From: Anaerolineae bacterium
Lineage (GTDB): Bacteria; Chloroflexota; Anaerolineae; B4-G1; SLSP01
DNA: 64,000 nucleotides
Assembly (NCBI GenBank): GCA_034429475.1
Contig: DAOUGD010000250.1
Location: 21,527 to 85,526 of the forward strand
Reading direction: 5' to 3'
The translations under genes and the position numbers were made by a program. This document shows, piece after piece, positions 19,457 through 28,335 of the stretch; position 1 is the first letter of the stretch, and every line of letters starts with the position of its first letter. The notes beneath the pieces were generated by a model, which worked only from the letters and a program-made list of their open reading frames with translations, made no database searches and was not told where the DNA came from.

Positions 19457-20407
19457 ATGAATCCCAAGATTTTTAGCCAGCATTCAGGTTGTGAACCCAA
19501 TTGGTCTCCAGTGCGGGATAAGATTGTTTTTAGTGATCATAAGGACTATTCTATTTATGTGTTAGATATAGATAGTAATGATACCAAAAAGGTTGCGCAA
19601 GGAATGAATCCGCAGTGGTCTCCAAATGGTTCATTTATTTATTATCAATGGGGGACACAAGTTGGCAGGGTGAAACTTGATGATAATACAAATGAAATCT
19701 TATATGATGGTGACGACAATATTCACTGGGTATCGTTGTCAAGGAAAGGAGAAAAAATCGCATTTACCGACGGTTTAAACCCAGGGAAATTATACGTCAT
19801 TGATATAAATAGTTCAAATTTGATGTGTTTAATGGGTGCTGAAAGCCAATGTGATTTTCTGGGAGGGATAACTTGGTCGCCTGATGGTGAGTGGTTAGCT
19901 TGTCAGGTTAGTCAAGCACACTCAACAAGTAATATAGTTCTTCTTAATGTAAGAACCTTAGAGAAAAAAATAATCTTCGAGAGAGGCTATCAGCCAGCTT
20001 GGAGTCCTGTTGGCAATATGATAGTTTTTCGTGCTCGCTCAGGTAATTTAGGATCGGATGATATTTATCTATATGATTTTATAACTCATAAATTCACTAT
20101 TACTGGACTCAAACAGTCGTTGATACGTATTGAGCATGTCCGGGATACTTTCAAATGGTCACCTGATGGAAAATATACTGTTTTTGAAAGAATAGAAGCT
20201 GGCGGTCGGCTAAACTACTGGATGAAAGGATTGTCACATACAATCTGCTTGTTAAGATTGACAGATCGAAAAATAATACCTTTATTTAAAGGCCGTCAAG
20301 ACGCGCTTTCATCGCCAACTTGGTCGCCAGATAGTAGGAAAGTCGCTATGTGCCTGCACCTTAGTGATATTGGTTTTCCTCTTTGCATAATTGATTTACC
20401 AGAGTAA
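19457..20407 (+). CDS. PD40/TolB-like WD40-type beta-propeller protein on a very AT-rich gene (about 38% GC)
   Basis: Recurrent WSPDG / WSPNG / WSPVG PD40 repeats. Sharp GC drop relative to flanking genes. Confidence 0.7.
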   Translation: MNPKIFSQHSGCEPNWSPVRDKIVFSDHKDYSIYVLDIDSNDTKKVAQGMNPQWSPNGSFIYYQWGTQVGRVKLDDNTNEILYDGDDNIHWVSLSRKGEKIAFTDGLNPGKLYVIDINSSNLMCLMGAESQCDFLGGITWSPDGEWLACQVSQAHSTSNIVLLNVRTLEKKIIFERGYQPAWSPVGNMIVFRARSGNLGSDDIYLYDFITHKFTITGLKQSLIRIEHVRDTFKWSPDGKYTVFERIEAGGRLNYWMKGLSHTICLLRLTDRKIIPLFKGRQDALSSPTWSPDSRKVAMCLHLSDIGFPLCIIDLPE

Positions 20408-20511
20408 GAACGAACCACCGCATTATCGGCGACAAAGCGGCTTCGCAGTCACCCGAACACAGCTCGCAATTAAAAAGCTGGAACTCTTTCTAACACAATA
20501 GAGCCTACCCA

Positions 20512-21036
20512 ATGTCCGACATGCTCGTCAAATTATACAACCTCCCACCCCTCCAACCCGCCCTGGATGCGATTGCCCCCATGCACATCCAGATCCGCCC
20601 GGCGCGCGTCGGGGAAGAAACTCAGATTATGCCGTGGATCGCACAGCATTTCAATCCGGGATGGGAGAATGGCGTGGTCTACGCGATCCATCGCAGCCCT
20701 TGCTCGCTGTTTATCGCCATTGAGAAACAGCCGCCTGACCCGGTGCGCGCCGATCCCTACGGCCTGCCGCCGGAAAAGCTGGTGGGGTTTGCGTGCTATG
20801 ATTCGTCCAATCGCGGGATGTTCGGCCCGATGGGGGTCCACCCACGCTATGAAGGTCGGGGCATCGGCACGGCGTTACTGCTGACGGCGCTCCACGCGAT
20901 GTGGAATGAGAACTATGCCTACGCCGTCATCGGCTGGGCCGGCCCGGTGGACTGGTACGCCAGCCGGGTGGGTGCGACGCTCATTCCCGACTCGGAGCCT
21001 GGGCCGTTCCGGGGACGGCTTGAGGGCTGTATATAA
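20512..21036 (+). CDS. GNAT-family N-acetyltransferase
   Basis: Acetyl-CoA-binding motif RGIGTALL. Confidence 0.7.
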   Translation: MSDMLVKLYNLPPLQPALDAIAPMHIQIRPARVGEETQIMPWIAQHFNPGWENGVVYAIHRSPCSLFIAIEKQPPDPVRADPYGLPPEKLVGFACYDSSNRGMFGPMGVHPRYEGRGIGTALLLTALHAMWNENYAYAVIGWAGPVDWYASRVGATLIPDSEPGPFRGRLEGCI

Positions 21037-21046
21037 TTCAAATGAG

Positions 21047-21098
21047 TTTCACGTAGTGCGTAGTCCGTTTACGGAATACGGAATACGCACTACGGACT
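21047..21098. repeat. heptamer tandem repeat array (NNTACGG units)
   Basis: TAGTGCG TAGTCCG TTTACGG AATACGG AATACGC ACTACGG, immediately upstream of the RBS of the next gene. Confidence 0.7.
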
Positions 21099-21106
21099 TT
21101 AAGGAG

Positions 21107-22012
21107 ATGATTATGCCCAAAGATTTCCTAACCTTCCTAGATTTCACTCAAGCCGACCTCGTCGCGCTCCTCGACCTCGCCGGCACGCTGCGCGAGGCGT
21201 GGGAAGCTAAACGGCTTCCGCAGGCTCTCGCGGGCAAGTCCATCGCTCTGATTTGGGACGCGGAGGGGTTCCGCAACCGCGTCTCCTTTGAGTTGGGCAT
21301 CGCGGCGATGGGCGGGATTGCGGTGCAAATCCCCGGCAAGCTCGACGAACGCGAGTTCATCGAGGACGTGGCCCGCTACCTCGACAACTGGTTTGACGGC
21401 ATCGTGTCGCGCGCGCGGCGGCACGACCACATGCTGCGGCTTGCAGCGGCGGCGCAGCCCCCCGTCATCAATGCGCGGACGGACTTCAATCATCCGTGCG
21501 AGATCCTGGGCGATCTGGCGTACATCCGCGCCCGGCGCGGCAGCCTGGACGGGTTGCGCGTGGCGTTTGTGGGCGAAGCCACGAATCTCTGCCATCCCTG
21601 GTTCGAGGCAGCGGCGCGGCTGCCGATCCACGTCACGCAGATTTGCCCGACGGGGTACGAGGTGAGCGCCGAGTTCATCGCGCAGGTGCAGCGGGACGCC
21701 GTCGGCACGGTGGCCGTGAGCCACGAGTTGGACGCGAGCCTCAAAGACGCCGACGTCGTCTACACCGACTGCTGGCCGCGTCGCAGCAGCCCGGAAGACG
21801 CCGAGCGCGTCGCCCGGCAATTTCTGCCCTACCAGATCACTGCCGAAAAGCTGCGCCTTGCCGCGCCGGACGTTCTCTTCCTGCCCTGCCCGCCTGTCAC
21901 GCGCGGCGAGGAAGTCTCGGAGGATGCAATGGCGACCCTGGGCCATCACGTCTATGAAGCGAAAGCCTATTTGCTGCACGCGCAAAACGCGGTGTTGAGC
22001 ATGCTCCTGTAG
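21107..22012 (+). CDS. divergent aspartate/ornithine carbamoyltransferase-family protein
   Basis: Transcarbamylase-fold similarity, but the key motifs are altered: STRTR becomes GFRNR, HPxQ becomes HPCE, and HCLP becomes FLPC. Confidence 0.7.
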   Translation: MIMPKDFLTFLDFTQADLVALLDLAGTLREAWEAKRLPQALAGKSIALIWDAEGFRNRVSFELGIAAMGGIAVQIPGKLDEREFIEDVARYLDNWFDGIVSRARRHDHMLRLAAAAQPPVINARTDFNHPCEILGDLAYIRARRGSLDGLRVAFVGEATNLCHPWFEAAARLPIHVTQICPTGYEVSAEFIAQVQRDAVGTVAVSHELDASLKDADVVYTDCWPRRSSPEDAERVARQFLPYQITAEKLRLAAPDVLFLPCPPVTRGEEVSEDAMATLGHHVYEAKAYLLHAQNAVLSMLL

Positions 22013-22045
22013 TCCGGGTTATAATGGTATTGGGAGGGATAAACG

Positions 22046-22213
22046 ATGCAAACTCAAGAATTGTGTCTTTTGATGCCGGAAGACTTGGGATTCGGGATGT
22101 GGGCGCAGGATATGGCGAATGAGGATAGTGTGGACTACGTCAATCGTATCCGAGCGACTGCCAACAGGCCTCTGCACGAAATGGTTGAAGAGTTGTCGCA
22201 ATGGCAACTGTAA
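22046..22213 (+). CDS. small ORF (55 aa), possibly a VapB-like antitoxin remnant
   Basis: RBS GGGAGGG upstream. Overlaps the PIN fragment start by 13 nt, as toxin-antitoxin pairs typically do. No family recognised. Confidence 0.25.
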   Translation: MQTQELCLLMPEDLGFGMWAQDMANEDSVDYVNRIRATANRPLHEMVEELSQWQL

Positions 22214-22287
22214 GCTACCTGGTAGACACCGATACTCTGATAGACTGGTTAAAGGGACTGCCGTGGGCCAAACGCTTTATAGCGTAA
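22201..22287 (+). pseudogene. truncated PIN-domain (VapC-like) toxin: N-terminal 28 codons only
   Basis: MATVSYLVDTDTLIDWLKG matches the VapC N-terminus (YLLDTNxLI), then a stop. hicB begins 30 nt downstream. Confidence 0.45.
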
Positions 22288-22317
22288 AAATAGCGGATCA
22301 TGAGAAAGGAGATTGAA

Positions 22318-22569
22318 ATGCCTGTGACAAAGGAAGGGGCCATGATCAGACAGTTTAAAATTATTGTAGAGAAACATCCTGATGGATACGTGGCTTATCC
22401 CCTTGGATTGAATGGCGTGGTTGTCGGTGAGGGGGACACTTACGAAGAAGCGTTAATGGACGTTAAATCGGCGATTGCGTTTCACATTGAAACGTTTGGA
22501 CCAGAAGACCTTGAAACTGCCACGCCCGTTTTGGAGGCCTTTGTCGCCGAGGCTGGAGTAGCGTTCTAA
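22318..22569 (+). CDS. hicB: HicB-family antitoxin
   Basis: UPF0150-like sequence. RBS AAAGGAG upstream of the ATG at 22318. About 46% GC. Confidence 0.65.
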   Translation: MPVTKEGAMIRQFKIIVEKHPDGYVAYPLGLNGVVVGEGDTYEEALMDVKSAIAFHIETFGPEDLETATPVLEAFVAEAGVAF

Positions 22570-22808
22570 TGCCCAAATTCCCTGTAGACGCGCCCATCAA
22601 AAGAGTGATCCAGACCCTTGAACAACTAGGGTTTCATGTGGTACGAGAAGGCAATCACATTGCTATGGTGCGCGAAAATGTTGATGGCACACGGACGCCC
22701 TTGACAATGCCTAATCATACGCGAATTAAAGGTTCAACCTTGCGAACAATTCTCACTCAGTCCGGTATATCCAGAGATGAGTTCTTGGATGCTTATGAAG
22801 GACACTGA
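22569..22808 (+). CDS. hicA: HicA-family toxin
   Basis: KGSTLRTILTQSGI matches the HicA KGSxLxxILKQAGI motif. Start overlaps the hicB stop. Confidence 0.75.
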   Translation: MPKFPVDAPIKRVIQTLEQLGFHVVREGNHIAMVRENVDGTRTPLTMPNHTRIKGSTLRTILTQSGISRDEFLDAYEGH

Positions 22809-22846
22809 GTGTCTGTGTATTTTAGATCTATTTTTGGAGGAAAACC

Positions 22847-23344
22847 ATGAAACCAGCCCTGTTAGTCATAGACGTTCAAAAAGCCTTTTTCGGCCTCAAC
22901 CCGGTGATGACGCAATCCCTCAACGATGCGATTGAGTACATCAACGCGGCCATCAAGCTGTTTCGGAAGAAGGAACTGCCCGTGATTTGCGTCCAGCACA
23001 TAGACGAAGGCGACAACCTCGTTCCTGGCACGGAAGGGTTCGACACACCGGAATCCATGCACATTTTGCCGTCGGATGTTCACATCCACAAAACCTACGG
23101 CAATTCTTTCAACAAGACGCCGCTGCTGGAGACGCTGCACGGCCTCGGCGTGGATACCGTCATCATCACCGGCTTTTGCGCGGAGTATTGTGTCACATCC
23201 ACGTACCGGGGTGCGATGGACGTAGACCTGACGCCGGTCATCCTGCGTAGCTCGATCGCCAGCGACTCCCTGGAGAACATCAAATTCGTCGAAGACATCC
23301 ACGATACGATTACATTTGGCGCGCTGAAGAAGTTTCTGGAATGA
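22847..23344 (+). CDS. isochorismatase-family cysteine hydrolase
   Basis: LLVIDVQKAF N-terminus and the catalytic Cys in GFCAEYCV. Confidence 0.85.
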   Translation: MKPALLVIDVQKAFFGLNPVMTQSLNDAIEYINAAIKLFRKKELPVICVQHIDEGDNLVPGTEGFDTPESMHILPSDVHIHKTYGNSFNKTPLLETLHGLGVDTVIITGFCAEYCVTSTYRGAMDVDLTPVILRSSIASDSLENIKFVEDIHDTITFGALKKFLE

Positions 23345-23874
23345 AAGTCCACCGCAAAGCCGCGCTCATCCTGGCAGTGTGGATCGTCTGCGTGGCGTGT
23401 GATCAAGCCAGCAAAATCATCGCCAAGGAGTGCCTGAGCCTGCTGCCACGGCAATCGCTGCTGGGGGATGTGTTCCGACTGGAATACACCGAAAACCTGG
23501 GGGCCTTCCTGGGCATGGGCGCGACCCTGTCGCCGGAAGTGCGCTTCTGGATGTTGGTGGTGGGCGTCAGTGCGGTGCTGACCGGGATGTTAGTCTACCT
23601 CTTTACGCAAGACCCCAGCCGGATGAGCGTGTGGGGCGGCGCGCTGGTGGTGAGCGGCGGATTCAGCAACCTGATCGATCGCTTCCTGCATCACGGCGCG
23701 GTGGTGGACTTTATGAACCTCGGCATCGGCGCATTGCGCACCGGCATCTTCAACGTGGCGGATGTGGCGTTGATGGCCGGCATTGGGCTGATGTTGGTGG
23801 ATAACCTCCGCTCGATCCATCCCAAAAAGACCGCCGGTTTGGAGGATGTATCACAATCGCCGACAGGTGAGTGA
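23341..23874 (+). CDS. lspA: lipoprotein signal peptidase II
   Basis: Four TM helices. NLGAFLG and FNVADVAL motifs, plus VVDFMNLG. Confidence 0.85.
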   Translation: MKVHRKAALILAVWIVCVACDQASKIIAKECLSLLPRQSLLGDVFRLEYTENLGAFLGMGATLSPEVRFWMLVVGVSAVLTGMLVYLFTQDPSRMSVWGGALVVSGGFSNLIDRFLHHGAVVDFMNLGIGALRTGIFNVADVALMAGIGLMLVDNLRSIHPKKTAGLEDVSQSPTGE

Positions 23875-23880
23875 ACACAA

Positions 23881-24516
23881 ATGCAAAGTTCCGACCGCAT
23901 CCAACTTTTCGACGCCTGGGCGCAGCGCTATGATGTCTCCCTGGCTTCGACCGACGGCGATTTTCCCTTCGACGGTTATGAGCGAATTCTGGACGAAGTG
24001 GTGACGCTGGCCGATGTCAGGCCGGGGATGCGGATTCTTGACCTCGGCATCGGTACGGGCAATCTGGCGCAGCGCTTTGTGCAGCAGGGCTGCGAGGTAT
24101 GGGGTGTGGACTTTTCGGCGGAAATGCTGGCGAAGACGCGGGTGAAACTGCCGCAAGTTCGACTTGTGCAGGTGGATTTGCTGACCGATTGGCCCGCCAA
24201 CATCCGGCCGCCCTTTGATCGGATCGTCTCGGCCTACGTCCTGCACGAATTCACCCTTGAGGGCAAAGTCGCCGTGCTGCGCCGTGCTGCCCGCTACCTT
24301 GCGCCGGGCGGCGTCATCCTAATCGCCGACATCGCCTTTCCAAGCGTTACCATTCGTGAGGCAACGGCGCGGCACGTCTATGGCGACTCGTGGGATGAGG
24401 ACGAATGGTACTGGGCCGCCGCCGAAGCCATCGCCGCGTGTAAAGCCGCCGGCCTGCACGCCACGTACCGGCAAATGTCGCGCTGCGGCGGCATCTTCAG
24501 GATTGCACCACAATAG
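23881..24516 (+). CDS. class I SAM-dependent methyltransferase
   Basis: Motif I ILDLGIGTG. Confidence 0.8.
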   Translation: MQSSDRIQLFDAWAQRYDVSLASTDGDFPFDGYERILDEVVTLADVRPGMRILDLGIGTGNLAQRFVQQGCEVWGVDFSAEMLAKTRVKLPQVRLVQVDLLTDWPANIRPPFDRIVSAYVLHEFTLEGKVAVLRRAARYLAPGGVILIADIAFPSVTIREATARHVYGDSWDEDEWYWAAAEAIAACKAAGLHATYRQMSRCGGIFRIAPQ

Positions 24517-24528
24517 AAAGAAAAATCG

Positions 24529-24600
24529 GGACGCAGGTTTTCGCAGATTCACGCAGATAATTTTTAGAAAATCAGCGTTCATCCGCGTTTATCTGCGTCC
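24529..24600. repeat. family-C hairpin repeat element (ATCTGCGT decamer units)
   Basis: cgcagattcacgcagataat...cgtttatctgcgtcc. Confidence 0.8.
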
Positions 24601-24667
24601 TATATCTCTGGATGGCCCATTCAATAACCAATCTTTCGGGTTCAGCGTGAAGAAAGGAAATCAGGGT

Positions 24668-25339
24668 ATGGACTCAAATCGCAAGCACTGGAACGAGCAA
24701 CAAAAGGAATTTCACGCCGTCCTGCTGAGCTTCAAGCAGCACGACCGGGCGATGGCATTGTTTGTACAGCAGCACGCCGCGCTGCACTCGGCAAAGGTGA
24801 CGCCGGGCATCCCCTGGTCGTTTGAGGACGAAGTGTTGGATGACATGACGGAGGCGCAGATTCGCCGCATTCCGCAGGGCTGCGACTACTCCGTGGCGTG
24901 GCATATCTGGCATCTGGCCCGCATCGAGGACATCACGATGAACCTGCTGCTGGCCGGACGTCCGCAGCGCTTCGTGCGCGAGGGCTGGCAGGCGCGGCTC
25001 AACGCGCCGGTGGTGGATACGGGCAACGCGATGACGAAAGACGAAGTCGCGGCCCTCAGCGAGGCGCTGGACATTGCCGCGCTGCGCGAGTATCGTATGG
25101 CCGTTGGCCGTGAAACACGCGAAAACGTCACGGGGCTGGCCCCGGAGGCGTTCAAGCAAAAGGTAGACCCGGCCCGGCTGCGCCAGGTGATGGAGGAAGG
25201 CGCCGTGGTTGAAGCTGCACGCGGCATCGTGGACTACTGGAGCCGCCGCACCCTCGCCGAACTGCTGCTGATGCCCCCCACGCGCCACAACCTCGTCCAC
25301 CTGAACGAGGCGCTGCGCCTCAAGCAGAAACGCCGATGA
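24668..25339 (+). CDS. DinB/YfiT-like (DinB_2) family protein
   Basis: Helical-bundle DinB_2 similarity. ATG at 24668 inside the longer ORF. Confidence 0.6.
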   Translation: MDSNRKHWNEQQKEFHAVLLSFKQHDRAMALFVQQHAALHSAKVTPGIPWSFEDEVLDDMTEAQIRRIPQGCDYSVAWHIWHLARIEDITMNLLLAGRPQRFVREGWQARLNAPVVDTGNAMTKDEVAALSEALDIAALREYRMAVGRETRENVTGLAPEAFKQKVDPARLRQVMEEGAVVEAARGIVDYWSRRTLAELLLMPPTRHNLVHLNEALRLKQKRR

Positions 25340-25806
25340 AACCACAAATGCCCCTGGAAACCTTTTGGCAAGCCTACCTGGCCTCGTTACCGCCCGGCGC
25401 GGCGCTGCCCACGGCGTACACCGCCTGGGGCTTCGGCCACACCGCCGCAAATGCCGACGAATTGGGCGGGCTGGTGGTGCGCGGCCTCAAAACGGCCACC
25501 GCTTCCCTGATCTGGACGTATGAAGCGGAAAAAGAGTCGCTGCCCCAGGTCGGCGATCTCAGCATCATCCTGGACGGAGCCGGCGCGCCGCTGTGCCTCA
25601 TCGAGACAACCGAGCTTACGGTGAAAGCCTTCCAGGACGTGGACGAACGCTTCGCTTACGACGAAGGCGAAGGCGACCGCTCCCTGGCCTACTGGCGCGA
25701 CGTCCACTGGCGCTACTTTGGGGAAGAGTGTGCGTCCATCGGCCGTGAACCCGACCTGGCTATGCCGGTGCTGTGCGAACGGTTCCGCGTGGTGTTCAAA
25801 CCCTGA
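25336..25806 (+). CDS. ASCH domain protein
   Basis: ASCH-like sequence. ATGA start/stop overlap with the upstream gene. Confidence 0.6.
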   Translation: MKPQMPLETFWQAYLASLPPGAALPTAYTAWGFGHTAANADELGGLVVRGLKTATASLIWTYEAEKESLPQVGDLSIILDGAGAPLCLIETTELTVKAFQDVDERFAYDEGEGDRSLAYWRDVHWRYFGEECASIGREPDLAMPVLCERFRVVFKP

Positions 25807-25827
25807 CAACTCCAAGTAAGTCCGGCG

Positions 25828-26979
25828 ATGGCGAAGTTTCTGAGATTTTTACTCGTTCTGCTCTATGGCCTTCTGGCTCTGCTGGGACTGGTCGTCTCGC
25901 TGGGATGGCTGTTCTACGCCGCCACCGGCTGGGGCCGCTGGCTGGCTTGCGCCGGGCTGGCGGCGACCTGCCTCCCGGCGGCGCTGTATCTGTACGGCAC
26001 GCAGAGCCGCCAACGCCGCTTCTGGGGACGGATCAGCGCGGCCTTTGGAGGGCTGTTCGTTGCCATCCTGGTCGGGATGCTGCTGACCACCCCCTCCGGC
26101 GATGCGGGAACGGATTCGCCGGTGAGCCAACACTTCACCGCCGACACGCAGTTTCCCCGCTACACCCTCAGCAATATCGTCCCCGAAACCGAGCAAATCA
26201 ACCTGGGCTTTCTGACCACGCCCCTCATAGATGAACTCTTCACCTACGACCGCGCCTTCCGGGTGCGGAAGAGCACCCTGGCCGTGTACCGCGACATGGA
26301 TCGAGATGCCGATTTTCGCGCACTCGGCTCGGCGCTGGGGTGGACCTATGCCGATTTTCTTGGACTTCCCTACGACGTCGGCCAGTATTACCTGTACATC
26401 CCCCGCAACCGGCCTTCCGGCCCCTTGCCGGTGATTCTGTTTTTACACGGCAGCTTTGGGAACTTCAAGACATACACCTGGGTATGGTCGAGGCTGACCG
26501 AAGAACTGGGCTACGTCATCATCGCGCCGAGTTTTGGCTTTGGCGACTGGAGCAGACCCGGCGGCGTGGCAGCCGCCGAGAAGGCGCTGGCAGCCGCGCA
26601 AGCCTTCGTTGATCTGGATGAAGACCGGCTCTATCTGGCCGGCCTCTCCAATGGCGGACTGGGCGTTTCGCTGCTGGGGAACGCGACGCCCGCACGTTTT
26701 CGCGGCCTGATTTTCATTTCTCCGGTGATGGTCACGGATGTGGTAGATGCCCCCGCGTTTCAGGCGGCCTGGGGAGGACGCCCTGTACTGATCCTCACCG
26801 GGCAGGATGACGAGCGCGTGCCCTTCGCGTATGTGGCCGAGCGCGCCCGGAATCTGGCACAGGGTGACGTGGCTGTCACTGACATTTCTTATCCGGGAGA
26901 AGATCATTTCCTGTTCTTCTCACGTCGGCAAGAGGTTTTACAGGATATTTCAGAGTGGCTGCAACAAACCCAGAAATAA
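25828..26979 (+). CDS. membrane-anchored alpha/beta hydrolase (esterase/peptidase-like)
   Basis: Two N-terminal TM helices. Nucleophile elbow GLSNGG. HG oxyanion motif LFLHGSFG. Confidence 0.7.
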   Translation: MAKFLRFLLVLLYGLLALLGLVVSLGWLFYAATGWGRWLACAGLAATCLPAALYLYGTQSRQRRFWGRISAAFGGLFVAILVGMLLTTPSGDAGTDSPVSQHFTADTQFPRYTLSNIVPETEQINLGFLTTPLIDELFTYDRAFRVRKSTLAVYRDMDRDADFRALGSALGWTYADFLGLPYDVGQYYLYIPRNRPSGPLPVILFLHGSFGNFKTYTWVWSRLTEELGYVIIAPSFGFGDWSRPGGVAAAEKALAAAQAFVDLDEDRLYLAGLSNGGLGVSLLGNATPARFRGLIFISPVMVTDVVDAPAFQAAWGGRPVLILTGQDDERVPFAYVAERARNLAQGDVAVTDISYPGEDHFLFFSRRQEVLQDISEWLQQTQK

Positions 26980-26996
26980 TCGAAGACCATAGAGAA

Positions 26997-27063
26997 ATCG
27001 GTAATTCGCAATTCGTAATTCGCAATTCGTAATTCGCAATTCGTAATTCGTAATTCGCCATTC
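26997..27063. repeat. direct heptamer tandem array (TAATTCG/CAATTCG, 9 copies)
   Basis: gtaattcgcaattcgtaattcgcaattcgtaattcgcaattcgtaattcgtaattcgcc. Confidence 0.85.
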
Positions 27064-27079
27064 ACAGGAGACCCATTCA

Positions 27080-27688
27080 ATGACCGATTCCCCTACCCAT
27101 TTACCCGATGCATACCAGGAAGTCTTGTATTGGAAGTTGTCCCATCACAACAAGTTGTTGATCGCCTTGAACGTGGTCGGATTGGCGCTGATGTTAGGGG
27201 CGCTCAGCGCGTTCACGGCCTGGGCCAATGTTTGGCAGCCGGGCGGCCTTCATGACGACTTGAACATCGTACAGATAGTGCTTACCCTGATCAGCGTCGT
27301 GTTGGTGATGGTGCTGCACGAACTGGTGCATGGGATCGCGCTCAAAGCCTATGGCGCGCGCCCCAAGTACGGCGTGCTATGGCAACAGATGATGTTCTAC
27401 GCCACCGCGCCCAACCACGCCTTCCGCCGCAACGCCTACCTCGTCATCGCCCTGGCGCCGCTGGTGGGGATCAGCGTGGTGGGCTTTGTGTTGTTGATGC
27501 TGCCGCTGCCCGGCTGGCTGCTCTGGCTGATCGGGCTGTGCGCGGCGGTCAACGTTGGCGGCGCGGTGGGGGATATGTGGCTGGTGCGCGTCGCCCTGGG
27601 CTATCCGGCCCGCGCCTACATCGTGGACGAGCAGGACGGGGTGCGGGTGTTTATGCCGGAAGAGCCTGTTGCACAGATTCCATCGTGA
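27080..27688 (+). CDS. DUF3267-family membrane protein with an intact HExxH zincin motif
   Basis: LHELVHGIALKAYG, plus TM helices. Confidence 0.7.
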   Translation: MTDSPTHLPDAYQEVLYWKLSHHNKLLIALNVVGLALMLGALSAFTAWANVWQPGGLHDDLNIVQIVLTLISVVLVMVLHELVHGIALKAYGARPKYGVLWQQMMFYATAPNHAFRRNAYLVIALAPLVGISVVGFVLLMLPLPGWLLWLIGLCAAVNVGGAVGDMWLVRVALGYPARAYIVDEQDGVRVFMPEEPVAQIPS

Positions 27689-27735
27689 CCCATAGAAATC
27701 AAAAACCGTAATCCTTTTTCGTGCAAGGTGTACCA

Positions 27736-28335
27736 ATGTCATTCTTACCCGCAAATCTCCCGAACACCTATCAGGAAGCCCTGTACTGGAAATTGCCCCA
27801 TCGTCGCGAGTTGCCGCTTCTTTTGGATGTGGTGGGCTTCGCATTGATGATGGTGATGGGTGGAGTGTTTACAACCTGGGCTAGGTTATGGCATTTGCCC
27901 GATTCTTTTAGCGGTTTAACCTATGACCAACAGTTGTTATGTGTCCTAGTCGCGCTTTTTCTGATACCAGGCCTTCACAAGTTGATGCATGGTTTCGTAC
28001 TCAAGGCCTATGGTGTGCGCCCGAATTACCGTGTGTCATGGCAAGGACTGGTTGCCACCCACTCAAGCTATGCTTTCCATCGTAACCAATGCCTCGTGAT
28101 TGCGTTGGCGCCATTGGTGGGGATCAGCGTATTGGGTAGCTTACTACTGATGATGCCGTTACCTGACTGGCTTCTTTTTATAATCGTTGCTTCCACAGCA
28201 TACAACATCGGCCTACCAATGGGCATAAAGGATATATGGCTGATGTATATAATTATGAAATATCCGCCCCATGCTTATATTGTGCCTGAACAAGACGGCA
28301 TGCGTGTCTTCATGCCAGGAGAAGCACCCCAATGA
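27736..28335 (+). CDS. DUF3267-family paralog with a degenerate motif (HKLMH)
   Basis: Collinear with the 27080 protein, but HELVH is replaced by HKLMH. The start could be the GTG at 27721. Confidence 0.65.
   Translation: MSFLPANLPNTYQEALYWKLPHRRELPLLLDVVGFALMMVMGGVFTTWARLWHLPDSFSGLTYDQQLLCVLVALFLIPGLHKLMHGFVLKAYGVRPNYRVSWQGLVATHSSYAFHRNQCLVIALAPLVGISVLGSLLLMMPLPDWLLFIIVASTAYNIGLPMGIKDIWLMYIIMKYPPHAYIVPEQDGMRVFMPGEAPQ

Noticed and set aside
22119-22316. 65-aa ORF from the six-frame track
   Set aside because: It is out of frame with the recognisable PIN N-terminal fragment and has no RBS. It probably reflects read-through of decayed sequence.
26997-27063. CRISPR array
   Set aside because: Tandem heptamers with no spacers. 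None of the repeat families in the window shows repeat-spacer periodicity, and no cas genes are present.
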